This document shows, in pieces, positions 1-11,501 of a stretch of DNA of 48,729 nt (positions within the stretch are counted from its first letter, which is position 1; each line of letters begins with the position of its first letter). The DNA is from Gonapodya sp. JEL0774 (Eukaryota). The stretch covers positions 62,001-110,729 of the forward strand of contig JADIIX010000072.1 of the NCBI GenBank assembly GCA_027604505.1. The letters run 5' to 3'. Position numbers and translations under genes: made by a program. Below the pieces are notes generated by a model. That model saw nothing but the letters and a program-made list of their open reading frames with translations, made no database searches and was not told the origin of the DNA.

Positions 1-3000
1 CTCTAAGTTGCTCACCTGTGCGAGTTGTACGGGAACTCCCATTCTCCTCAGATTCAACTCCAGTCGCGTGCACGAACGGTGATGTCCTCTCACTGCCGTT
101 AGAATGGGCCTCAAATTCACCCACTGCACCCTCCACTGTTGTTCCGGTGCGAATCGAGCGGCGTATCACACGGCGAACAACCGTTGTCGTGATGACCTCT
201 GGCTCTTCCTCCTCAACGATCTCTTCCTCTGTTGCAGCGGGTTCTCCCTCTTCGGTCACCTCCTCCTCAGCGAATAGTTCTGTGCGACCTACTTGATCGA
301 GTTCAAACTTCCGCGCTGTCCATGCTGTCGCTTCCTCATAATTGCGTGCAGCGGCTTCCATCTCTCCCGTTTGGGGTGTATTTTGTGATGCAGGGGAGAA
401 ATAGGCCTCCCGAGACCTTAATATCGGGTCATCGATCGATTTGGGTAATTCAGAAGCCAGTTCCGTGAGGGACAGTACAGATGCGGAAGGACGAATTGTT
501 CTCCCTCGCTCCACACTCTCGGCTGGTAGGGCATATGCAACTTGTTCTCCCAGCTTGGCTTCGAAGTTCGAATGGTCTTGCTCACTTTGGACCTCAGAGT
601 TACCAGAGAGAACGATCCACTGCACAGCAGACCCTGACACAAGTTCTGTCGTGGTCCTCTGGACTTGATCTTGAACCAATTCATCTTTCAACACTTGCCC
701 TGCTGCCCGTTCCGAAACTCGAAGCACTCTCACTGTTACCGTTGTTGCATCCTCCAGCTCGTCTTCTTCCACCAGCTCTTCTTCAGTTGGCGATTCCGCC
801 TTCATGATACGGTGGACCACCCTGCTCACTTCCGTTTTTGTCTGACTTCCCAACGAAGGCTCTTCCAGTGATCTCTCTGAGACTTCTTCGATCTCCTCCG
901 CTTCTTCTTCCGTAACTTCGAGTTCGCGCACCTCCTCCACCACCTCAAATTCAACTTCATTTATTTCCTGAATTTCAAGTGAGCGTTCCTCTTCATCCAC
1001 AATTTCCTGGACTTCGATCTCCTCCATCGCCTCCACTTTGACCTCCCGAGTTACTTGTACATTAATCTCCTTCGTCTCCGTTTCAATAACTTCAAGCTCC
1101 TCAACTTCGATCTCATCCATTTCCTCAACCTCGAGTTCCTCAATAGCTTCCTCTTCAAGCTCCTGCACTTCGACCTCTTCCACGTCGTAGGAAAATTCCT
1201 CTTCTTCATCGAACTCCAATTCCTCTTCGACCTCGAATTCCTCCAATTCAAGAAGTTCCGGTTCAATAGCTCTTGCAACCGCCGGAGGTTCGGCTTTTAC
1301 GATCTCGATAACAGGTTGAGCAGGAGTGACAGATCTCGGAATCTGAGGTGTTTCTATCGGAATGTCGGGCATCATAACCGGTAGCTCCTCTTCTGGTTCC
1401 AAAACTTCCTCGACAGGTGGAGGAGCAGGCTCCACAGGGGGGGTGACTGGTCGTTCAGGTGTAATCGCTCGAGGAACTTGCGGAACTTCTTCGGGCAAGT
1501 CCGGCATCTCCACTGGCGCTTCTTCTTTCTGTTCCGGAACTTCCTCAATAGGTGGAGGAGCGGGGTCCACAGGGGGGGTGACTGGTCGATCGGGTGTGAT
1601 TGCCCTCGGAATCTGAGGGACTTCCTCCGGTACGTCCGGCATCTCCACCGGCACCTCTTCTTCCGGTTCCGGAACTTCCTCAATAGGTGGAGGAGCGGGC
1701 TCCACAGGGGGGGTTACTGGTCGTTCGGGTGTAATCGCCCTAGGAATTTGCGGAACTTCCTCAGGAATGTCGGGCATCTCCACCGGGACTTCTTCTTCCG
1801 GTTCCGGAACTTCCTCAATAGGTGGAGGAGCGGGCTCCACAGGGGGGGTTACCGGTCGTTCGGGTGTAATCGCCCTAGGAATTTGCGGAACTTCCTCAGG
1901 AATGTCGGGCATCTCCACCGGNNNNNNNNNNNNNNNNNNNNNNNNNNNNNNNNNNNNNNNNNNNNNNNNNNNNNNNNNNNNNNNNNNNNNNNNNNNNNNN
2001 NNNNNNNNNNNNNNNNNNNNNNNNNNNNNNNNNNNNNNNNNNNNNNNNNNNNNNNNNNNNNNNNNNNNNNNNNNNNNNNNNNNNNNNNNNNNNNNNNNNN
2101 NNNNNNNNNNNNNNNNNNNNNNNNNNNNNNNNNNNNNNNNNNNNNNNNNNNNNNNNNNNNNNNNNNNNNNNNNNNNNNNNNNNNNNGACAGGTGGAGGAG
2201 CGGGCTCCACAGGGGGGGTGACCGGTCGTTCAGGTGTAATCGCACGAGGAACCTGCGGAACTTCCTCGGGCAAATCCGGCATCTCCACCGGCATCTCATC
2301 TTCTGGTTCCGGGACTTCCTCGACAGGTGGAGGAGCGGGCTCCACAGGGGGGGTGGCCGGTCGTTCAGGTGTAGTCGCCCGAGGAACCTGCGGAACTTCC
2401 TCGGGCAAATCCGGCATCTCCACCGGCATCTCGTCTTCCGGTTCCGGGACTTCCTCGACAGGTGGAGGAGCGGGCTCCACAGGCGAGATGACCGGTGTAT
2501 CCGGTGTAATAGCTCGAGGTATCTGTGGCACTTCGTCTGGCACATCAGGCAGGTCGACGGGCGTTTCCGCTTTCGGTTCTGGATCTACTTCAATCACGGG
2601 TGGAGGTCCTGACACTTCAAACGGTGGTTCCCATGGACGTTTTTTAGCTGCGCGCATTGGAGGGAGGGTCAGCCTCGGTTGGGATACGGGTGGTTGGATG
2701 GGAGGTTTCTTTTCGATTCGAGGATCACGACAGTCACCCACTGCCATCCACGGTTCAGCGGGTTGAAAAAGTTTCCGTGGAATAGCAGCACCAGGGGTAT
2801 TTTTCGGGAAATTCGGGGGTGGAGAACGGGCGAGCATGGGTTTCTCAGGGGGAGGCAAGTTCAGCATGGGTTCAGATGGTGGCTGAACGTCCACTGGCGC
2901 GTAATAGGGAGGCGGAATATCTGTTCGACTGAGCGGTTCGGGCGGATTCTCACAAGGACCAGAAGGTTGGGCGACTCTCGACACCTGTAAGTACCGATGA

Positions 3001-4203
3001 AATGGGTCAGGTTGAAAATTTTTCACATTTCACACCCTATCCAACAACCAATAAACCGTACCTCCGCAGTCTCCCATCGGTTCCAATCCACAGAGTCATA
3101 CGCTGACCACCACCGCTGCTGAATATCCCGGAAAGTTTCGTAGGATACATTAGACCTTGTTCGTGGTGATGTTACGGTGAGTTTTAATTATGAATTGCTT
3201 ACAAACGTCCCAAATAGTCGGTCGAGCTGTAATCAACTGTGCCGGACTCACATTTGACCCTTGTCGATTTGCACATCTCCTGCAGCTGAGCGCTTTAGAT
3301 TCCAAGGCTTGGATTCTCCGGCATAATGAAGGATCCGGATGTCATTTTTGAATTTGCTACAAAATCCGCAGGTTGATATGTGTTCTGCAAAATCAGGTTC
3401 CCCGTCGGTGCCACTCACTTGAAAGCAGGGGCATAGGTGTAAGTGGCAGAAGGGGTGACATTGTACACAAATGGCAACCGCACGGATCTCATTGCATCAG
3501 AGCCGAACGAGGCTCCCGACGCGGCCCACGAAGAGAAAAACGAGTTGAGAACACCCTGATCGGCACCTAAGAAAGTTTTTTTTTTTTTTGGAAAGATTAG
3601 ACGACCAGGATAATCTTCTTGTCGTGCGGCTATTCCCGTACCATCAAAACTTCCTTCCCGTGCAGCGGTTTCCACAATCCCGTTGAAAACGGTTCTCTCA
3701 GGCCGCGTGACAAACACTCCCGAATTGAAAATATCAGGCCATCCCGTGTCTGCAACTGCTGCAAAGACTGCCCGATCAGGGCAGCCAGGTACCCCCAGCA
3801 CGTCGAACAGGTCGATAACGCTCCTCTGCGGTATTACGTCGGCATCAAGGTAAACAATAGTATCCCATCGCCCTGTTACCTCCGGATCGAACACGTGAAG
3901 CTTCGTCAGAGCTTCCCGGAGGTCTGGTCTTTCCAGGAGTCCTTCAAGTCGCCACAAGTCCGAGCTCCTTGTGAGGATGGGGTCGACATGGATAATGCGA
4001 TCGAAAAACCGTGCGATCACGGAAAGCGACACGGGTTGGAGGGATCCCGCTGAGACGAGGATTGCGATATCAGGAGCAGGAGAAGTGGGGGTCGCAGGGT
4101 GTAATCGTCTCAAGGCATCCGCGAGAACGCAAGCCGGCGTGACATAGGAATCGGAGGTGATGAGCGTGACAAACGCTCTTTGGTTTTGGGAAGGGGTGCG
4201 CAT
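1..4203 (-). CDS. Glycogenin-like glycosyltransferase family 8 protein with a very long Pro/Glu-rich repeat C-terminal extension (3'-partial, spans an N-gap)
   Basis: Exons 4203-3642, 3566-3419, 3356-3252, 3155-3062, then 2984 onward through the gap. Spliced motifs: AFVTLITSDSY, LTKLHVF, YLDAD (DxD), GWPDIFNSGVFV, SFDGADQGVLN, LPFVYNVTPSATYTYAPAF (autoglucosylation Tyr region), LHYAGESKPW, QRWWSAYD. Left of the gap the repeat-encoding frame has no stop from 1921 to position 1. Confidence 0.88.
1330..2560 (-). repeat. 135-bp (45-aa) coding tandem repeat, unit ~PVEMPDIPEEVPQIPRAITPERPVTPPVEPAPPPIEEVPEPEEEV
   Basis: The same anchor recurs at 1366, 1501, 1636, 1771 and 1906, then at 2276, 2411 and 2546, with exact 135-nt spacing on each side of the gap. 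The terminal copies are degenerate. Confidence 0.95.
1922..2186. other. Assembly gap (265 N) inside the tandem repeat
   Basis: Run of N in the sequence. Confidence 1.
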
Positions 4204-4799
4204 TCAACGAAATGTCGAAACATATAAATGGGTGGGAGAACGGGACAAGGAAAGATCAGACACATTTGAGTGTTCCAGCGCCACTTCGCAAAGTTTAGCC
4301 CCGCTCACTCCTGCTCCCTTCTACATTCAATCCTTTCACGCCTGCAACAAATTAGGTAGTAGCTGCAATGGAAAATTAACCGTCGGCTGACACGCTTCCC
4401 GCCACTAGTTGTCCCCCCCGTCGTCCGTCCCTCTGTGTATCTGTGCACTTTCCTGGCGTTCCTCAGGTGTGGGCATAACTATTTACAAAAGATTGCGAGG
4501 TTCTCCTCAAACCTTAAGGCCACATATGCGATACTCCAACCCACCCTAACAGTGAATACCAGTAGGAGTCTGAATTTTATTGCGCTATTCCTCTTTTTGG
4601 CTAGATGCATAGAGGCGACAGCGTGTTTGTCCATTGAATCCTCGCGAACACAAACGAAGTCGTGTTAGGTGGGTGGAGTCGACCTGGGTGTGGCCACAAG
4701 ATACACGTCACGAAGTCGCCGAGACTCTCCCACCAGTGTCAAAACTGCTCTTTTGTCGCTTCCTCTCAACAACCGATGCCTGAAAAGGCACTAAAGCAG

Positions 4800-7700
4800 A
4801 TGGGATTGCTTGGTCGCGTCTTTGGAAAGAGACCCCCGTCACCTGCTCCTTCTATCAGTTCACCAGAGTTCCCATCAGCGGGCAAACTCAACGACCTTGA
4901 GATTATCAAGCTGCTTGGTTGGTCTTGGTGGTTTTGAATCTCTCTTATCTACGTTTCCCACCCCATTTTGTCTCCTCCGTCATCATCTGTGCTTATTTTA
5001 CAACAAAAGGCAAGGGCAAAGAAGGCCGTGTTTTCGAGGCCACACACCGACCAACAGGAATTCATGTCGCTGTTAAGGAAATCTCAAAGCCCAGAACGTT
5101 GTTTGGAAGGCCGGGTGATCCACTCAAGGAGGCAGAGATGAGGAAGAGCATTCAGAATGAAATCGATATCATGAAGTGAGTTTCTTTGAATGATTACCAA
5201 GGTATGGAGGTATCAGTGAGTGACAATGTGTGCAGTTGTGGGGATGTGAGGACATGTCCCATTGTGCACATACCAACAGTTCGGGAACTCAGTATCTGGG
5301 CGGTCCTGCGGCACGACTGTAATAAGTTGTGCGTGATAATGGGGTGTTTGAGCACCTTAAAAGTGGCTTTTCTGGCAACAACGCTTTTTATGTCACGAGG
5401 TCTCATCATCCCACATTGGGGCCTCTTTACTGTCTCGTTCGTTGGATCCCAAATCTCGCGGCGTAAACACACGTAATCGAAGACGAATTCACCATCCAGC
5501 AATCATCCGCATGTACGATCATTTTGAGACCAAGGACAAACACTACTTGGTTTTTGAAATGGCTACGGGGGGTGAATTGCACGACCGGATTGCAGAGAGA
5601 GGCCATTTCACGGAGAGGTGTGTGTTCTCATCGTTCATACTAATCACATAGAGATTCACTGATGAGGGATCTCGACCTGGTTCCCCAGGGACGCGGCTAT
5701 CACCATGGCCACCTTAATCAATGCAATCGGGTTCCTCCACAAGCATGGTGTCGTACACCGGGTAAGACTGCGTAAAGCCTCTCCATTTATGCACCTTCTC
5801 AGTAAGTCTGATTTCCGCTCACCATAGGACATCAAGTCTGCCAATGTTCTCTTTCGCACCCCTTCACACACTTCGGATATTTGTCTCGTCGATTTTGGTA
5901 TCTCTCGTGTGGTCGAGCCTGGACAGAGACTAACCGAAATGACTGGGACACTGGCGTATATTGCACCCGAGATCCTGTTGCAGAGAGGTTACGGCGCTGG
6001 GGTGGATATGTGGGCTGCTGGAGTAATGAGTGAGTTGGGCTCGGTGAGGTGGGGGATGGGGGGATGGGATGTAACGGTGGACGAGAACCCAATGAAAGAA
6101 AGTTCACGTACTCTTGGTCTCGCTTTGCATTCTCGTTCTGTCCTCTCACCTCCTATATTATCCTCCGTTTGACTCAAAGCATATGAGCTTGTCTCCGGAT
6201 ACCAGCCCTTCCACAGCATCGAATCCCAAGAAGACCTTTTTGACCGCATTCTGCGAGCTGACTTTGATTTCCCGACGGAATGGTTTGGAAACGTACGTGT
6301 CATCCATTCACGCGGTACATATTGGCGATGGAGATAATTGATTCTAGAATACTACTTTCAACAGGTTTCGGAAGAGTGCAAGAATTTCATCAAATGTCTG
6401 ATACATGTAAGGCACACACGGTATGCGTTGTTTGCTAATCTCAAGCATTCACATTTTTTTCTTGTTGTCCTGTTCCATGTCTCTTTTCTCCACTGCTCGA
6501 ATAACCAGACCAACCCCAAAACCCGATATACGGCCGCACAGTGTCTAACCCATCCATGGTTTCTGAAATTTGTTCCTACCGACTACCTTGCTATTCTCTC
6601 TGAAATCAACGACGCTGCTGAGCAAATCAAAGAAGGATTAGAGTCACCTCATCGGATTGAGTATGGCCGCTCTGGACCAGACGCTCAGGGACAGTCGGCG
6701 CAAGCCGTTAGCGAAGGCGAGGGGCGGGTTTTGGATTTAATGGCAGAGCTCCTGGACGAAGAGGACGGGAAGGGAACGTATAGAAGATTAAGAAGCGCTG
6801 CCGTCTCTGCTGGAGACACGGCGATCGCCAAAGCCAAGTTTGGAGGGAAAATGCCGGGCGTTTTGGAAGTGGGAGATTTACTTGGAGGATTGGATGGCAA
6901 AAATCTGCCGAATCTGCACCTGAAGTTGACCAGGACCGGAGGGAGACGAAGACACAGTGGTGGGTCCCTGTTGTTCAGCTGATGCGGCGAGGTCCTTGTG
7001 ATAACTCTCTATTGACGACGTTTAGTCTCCATTGCCGATGTTTCTCGCAGACTACATGTCGAGCACGAACAGAGTCCCCTTGATCTCGCTGCTGCAATTC
7101 CTGTTGCATACTTTGATATTGCCCCCGCGCGTTCTCCTGATGTCCACGGCCGTAGCACCAGTCCACCCTCAGCCGTGACAACGTTCGTTGCCGCAAGTGA
7201 GCCGCGAGTGGCTTCCTCGGGCTCTGTGACTGTTGAAGAGAGCCTAACGTTACCAGCGCAAGAGCCGAAGCCAGAGCCAGAGACGCCGTTTAGACGAGAT
7301 CTTGATCATCATGTGGATATTCCTGCGAATCACCAAAGTGGTCAGAATGAGTCATCATCAGAGCACTTCTCACATGTAGCTTCTGTCCAAACTCCACGCC
7401 CCAGGCGCCTCTCGTTTGACGTGGCGTTGTATGAACATCGAAAAGAGATCACAGCGGACCCACTTTTTTTCGAGGATGGCAAGCAAGAGACGAAAGACGA
7501 TGTGACCGAAGAACTTGTTGAGCACTTGGCAGATTTTGCGAGACCTCAGTCACGTGGTGGGTCACCGGCCATCAGCTCCACAGGTGCAGCACCACTGGTG
7601 GGCCTAACGTGGATGGCCCCTGAGACTTTTGTTGCTCGAACGAGTACACCACCAGGGCGGACCGTGAGCCCTCGAGTGGCCACTCCAGGTCACTCGAAGT

Positions 7701-7975
7701 TATTCCTCCAAAGGCGAGCCACCCCGCCAAATGGCGCAGCGGAACATGCGGGATCCCCTTCCCCTGGCGCTCACCGTGGATCTCCAGTACCGAGCCCCTC
7801 ATGGGCCTACGTTGGCGACGGAACTGAAACTGCCAAACTTATGATGGCAGATCTTGTTGCGAGAGAAAAGTCAGGCGAACTTCTAGGAACGGAAGAAGAG
7901 TTCGAAGCGAGGGTGGCGAGGGTGAAGGAGAGAGTCATGCACATGGTGCAGAATGCGACATTGGAAAAGTCGTGA
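4800..7975 (+). CDS. Ser/Thr protein kinase, CAMK group (CaMKI/Cmk-like), with disordered C-terminal tail
   Basis: Spliced model (alternative ATG at 4776). Introns include 4918-5009, 5176-5482, 5618-5688, 5762-5827 and 6960-7025. Motifs: LGKGKEGRV, VAVKEI, NEIDIMK, LVFEMATGGEL, HRDIKSAN, DFG, GTLAYIAPE, VDMWAAGV, GYQPF, RYTAAQCLTHPW. Last exon 7026-7975. Confidence 0.92.
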
Positions 7976-8271
7976 TCGGTGTCTTCCCTTTCTTTTGTGA
8001 GTTGATTTAGTGGACACGATGACTCACAGAGTTGGAGGATTATGCTCGTCCTTCAAACTATTTTGTGAGACTTGATACGATTTATTATTCAGAAAATCTT
8101 AGACTCACCTTCCATTATAGACATAACCTATTTTCACGGATAGAAAGGGTGAGAACAGAAAAACAACTGACCCTTTGATTATATGCGCAAAAGCTTTGAC
8201 ACCATCAGAACAATTGGCGCAGAGAGTCCGTCGAAGCAAAATCAGCAGAGATGTCAATGAGAACTGTTTTC

Positions 8272-8377
8272 TTTCTCTGATGATGATGTACTCACATGAG
8301 AATGATGGATGCGAGGATCGAGTTTGCGGTGAAGCAACAGTTCTTTGAGAGCACAGAGAAAGCCCTGATCAGAGAAA
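8272..8377 (+). ncRNA. Candidate box C/D snoRNA
   Basis: C box ATGATGA (8280-8286) and D box CTGA (8365-8368), closed by a 9-bp terminal stem TTTCTCTGA (8272-8280) / TCAGAGAAA (8369-8377). Possible D' ATGA (8296) and C' ATGATGG (8302). It is 106 nt long and lies outside any CDS. I recognised no target. Confidence 0.4.
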
Positions 8378-8792
8378 AGTCTCCATGGATTGTCGACGAA
8401 TTTTTTATATGTTTATACCGCTTTTGGCGCCTCTTAGATTGTAAAAGAGCATGAGAAAGTGAGCATATAATGACATATGTAGTATCCAGTTTGACGTCAT
8501 GTGCTCCTCTGTTTGCGCACGACAAACTTTCGCCTCCCGCGCACTTGCGGAAAATCTTGGAGAGAATCGGTAATAGTTAGATGGCACTCCAGCTTTGTGA
8601 AAGAGACTAAAATATTGACTGGGCACCCATCTCGGGATAAGTTCTCCACTCGACCTGGTCCCTCTGTTTATACTGGCAGCAGGGTGGGTGGGGCCTTGCT
8701 CCCAGGCAAGGGTCACAAAGCCTCCGGTGTGAGGATGCAAGCGCCCCCCCAATCTATGAAATGGCTTCATTCCTTCCAAACTTACGCTAATT

Positions 8793-11501
8793 ATGTCAAC
8801 TCCACAAGATTTCGAATGGGTCGGACCACAGGAGCTGGATACAAAAATCTCCACGGGCAGGAAGGCGTCCCGTTCCAGATCACGTTCCAAGAAGACACAT
8901 CTCAGTGACTCGGACGCCGTCAACCAAGAGGAATACGGGTTAGGACACTCAAACGATTTCTACGAAGAGAAACGATCCAGGAGGAGGCGATCTCGGTCTC
9001 GTAGGGAAGCTGACGATATGGTGGAATCTGCTATGGGTGATGAGAAATTCGATGCGGTGGAAGAGTCTCAGCCTTCAAGTGGGAAGAAGAGGAGTTCTTC
9101 CAAGAAACACCGCCGAAAGCGTTCAACAAGAAGCTCAAAGGCTGCTTTTGACGTGCCACAATACGAGGAGGAAGTTGTTCCCCAATCCCCGATATATGGA
9201 TACGTGTCGCACGATTTGCCTCAATCACCTCAATGGGACGAACCAGTCCAAGATTCTCAGGAGCCGGGTATATTCAGTCCAGATGATACGAAGATTTTGG
9301 AACATGATTTTGAGCAGTATGAAGCCCCGGTCAAACCACGAAGGCGAGGACGACTGCTACTTGGTGTGTGCAAGCCAAAACTTCGCTCGTGTTAAAATCC
9401 TCTCATCATCCTTCCACTACTCTGGATGCTCTTTAATGAAGTGTTTGTAACCCTCTTTTTCCTGCTGGCGGGTGGGGGAGGGTTCGCACTCTACTTTTTC
9501 GTGTTTCGCAAAGGGTCTCAGACATCGTCAGCTGCTGGTAAGTTCGTGCCGTCTCTGCTTTGCACCCTTAAAGTTCATCTAAATGTACTCGGGATTATAG
9601 TGCTTCCACAGAATGGAACTGTGGACGTGGGGGGTACGCCAACCGCAACAACAGCGGGTAGGTTGCATTGGTGCTGGGTCGCGGCTTTCGAGGTTTCAAC
9701 TTGGGTACCTTCTTTCAGCAGGTACTCCAACAGCTTCGCCCATTGCATATGTTAATTCTTCCTCCATGCATCCGGCACCAGGAAAATTGTGGTTTGGTGT
9801 TGCTATCGACGAAGACTTTCGTGATGTTGCGAAGACTTGGAATCTCAGCGGTAAAGGCGTCATGCCAAAGCTGGTCAATATCTTTTGGACCATGACAAAT
9901 GATATCAAAGACCCGCGTTACCTTGGTTAGTTGCTCGCTTGTTGAAAATGTACTGGTTTGCACTCAGATCAGTTTCCGTTTTTCATCGCCTTTCTCAAGC
10001 GGGGAACATGACACATTATGCCACAAATAGTAGCACACTACCCCCAGGAAGTGTGATTGAAATCACTCTAATGCCAATGGCTGGCCTCGAGGTTGCTACA
10101 GATGAGCTGATGCTGCTCTTTGCGAATGCATTCAAAGTAGTGAACGAGAAATATGCTGTCATTCTCCGCTTTGGGCACGAGTGAGTTCATTCGCGCTTTC
10201 AACCGATTTTTTTATGGACGGTGTCTTTCACTCATGTTTCTCCCTTCACCCTCAAAGAATGAATGGAAATTGGTATCCATGGTGCCGACAACCAACCCTG
10301 TACAAGTCTACATTCCGCCGCTTTGCTGCAACAATCCGTTCAGTCACCCCTTACACAGCCATGTTCTGGGCGCCGACTATCTCCGACACGTATCCTTTCT
10401 CTGCTTACTCGATTCCAGCTCCAAACACAACCGATTTTGCAGCGTTGGACACAAACAACGTGAGGATACTCTCTGCGTGCACAAGTCTCTCAACCTCTGA
10501 TAGTCGGTTTTTGATTAGAACTCAATCATCGATCATGGAGATGACCCTTGTGCGTTTTTGATGTTTGAGACGAGATTTCTCAATAAGGATGTGAATTGAC
10601 CTTGCTTGATACATGCAGACGCTCCTTACTATCCGGGAGACGATGTTGTTGGTGAGACGGAAATATGATACTCAGAAGACCACTTTGGATAACTTACCCA
10701 ATTATTGCCGGCTCATCTCTAGACTGGGTCGGTGGAACTGTTTACTACTACGGACCCCTATGGCCGTGTATGTTTCTTCGCATGCAGGATTCGGTGCATT
10801 CTCACTTATCAACCCCCTTTTCGATTATCTGTGGCTTCCATAGATGTCAACAACTACTTACCCAATCGCACTTACCTCGAATGGACAATAACCGGAAAGA
10901 GTGTTGTCGATGGGTCCACCGTCAGCCCGTCTTTCTACGACGTCTATGCTGCTGGAAAGAACAAATCCATGATGTACGCCGAGATTGGGTTGTATCACTG
11001 GCCGAACGGGACAGGTGAGGGATCGGTGATTTCGTATGCGGCCTGGGGGGAGACGACATTTGATGCAAAATGATCCCAACAGGCGTGGATGCAATGACGC
11101 AAAAGCAAGCTTGGTGGCGACAATTAGCTGACCGTACCACAAGAGCCAAGTTCCCGCTCATCAGAGCGTTTGCATGGTTTGAAGTTGCTGTGAGTGTTCT
11201 TGTCGTACATCCCCTCCTATTTCGAGCTCCAGCGCTTCTTCGATCGTCTCAAACTCATCACTCATGCCTCCCTCTCTCTGCGTAGAAAATTGAGCCAGGA
11301 TGGGACAACCAGGTGAGATAACGACTCGCGATCTGCTCACTTCTCATTCTTACATTGGTGTCTTCCGTGCAGTTCATCGATTTCAAAATCGGCTCCAACT
11401 CTTCAACCATGCAAGCGTTCTTGAACGATATCTCGCCTTCTGGAAGCGCGCAGTCAAACATTGATCCCGACTCACTGGAATGGGCCATTGATTACCGTTG
11501 A
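8793..11501 (+). CDS. Glycoside hydrolase family 26 (beta-mannanase-like), type II membrane-anchored
   Basis: Many short exons. A disordered N-terminus is followed by a TM segment (RRRGRLLLVFVTLFFLLAGGGGFALYFFVFRK after splicing). GH26 motifs: LRFGHE|MNGNWYPW (acid/base Glu), AMFWAP, PYYPGDDVV|DWVG, MMYAEIG (nucleophile Glu), KQAWWRQL, FPLIRAFAWFE. Stop TGA at 11499-11501. Confidence 0.85.

Noticed and set aside
1330..2560. Regularly spaced repeats as a possible CRISPR array
   Set aside because: The whole 135-nt unit repeats with no unique spacers, it is protein-coding, and the context is eukaryotic.
1362..2766. Plus-strand Gly/Ser/Thr repeat ORFs and Arg/Phe-rich ORFs over the tandem array
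   Set aside because: They are antisense shadows of the Pro/Glu repeat on the minus strand, which splices in frame to the GT8 domain.
8020..8525. Possible spliced minus-strand gene suggested by three GTGAGT motifs (8295, 8108, 8027)
   Set aside because: No convincing start or recognisable product. The same ACTCAC words read equally well as plus-strand branch points.
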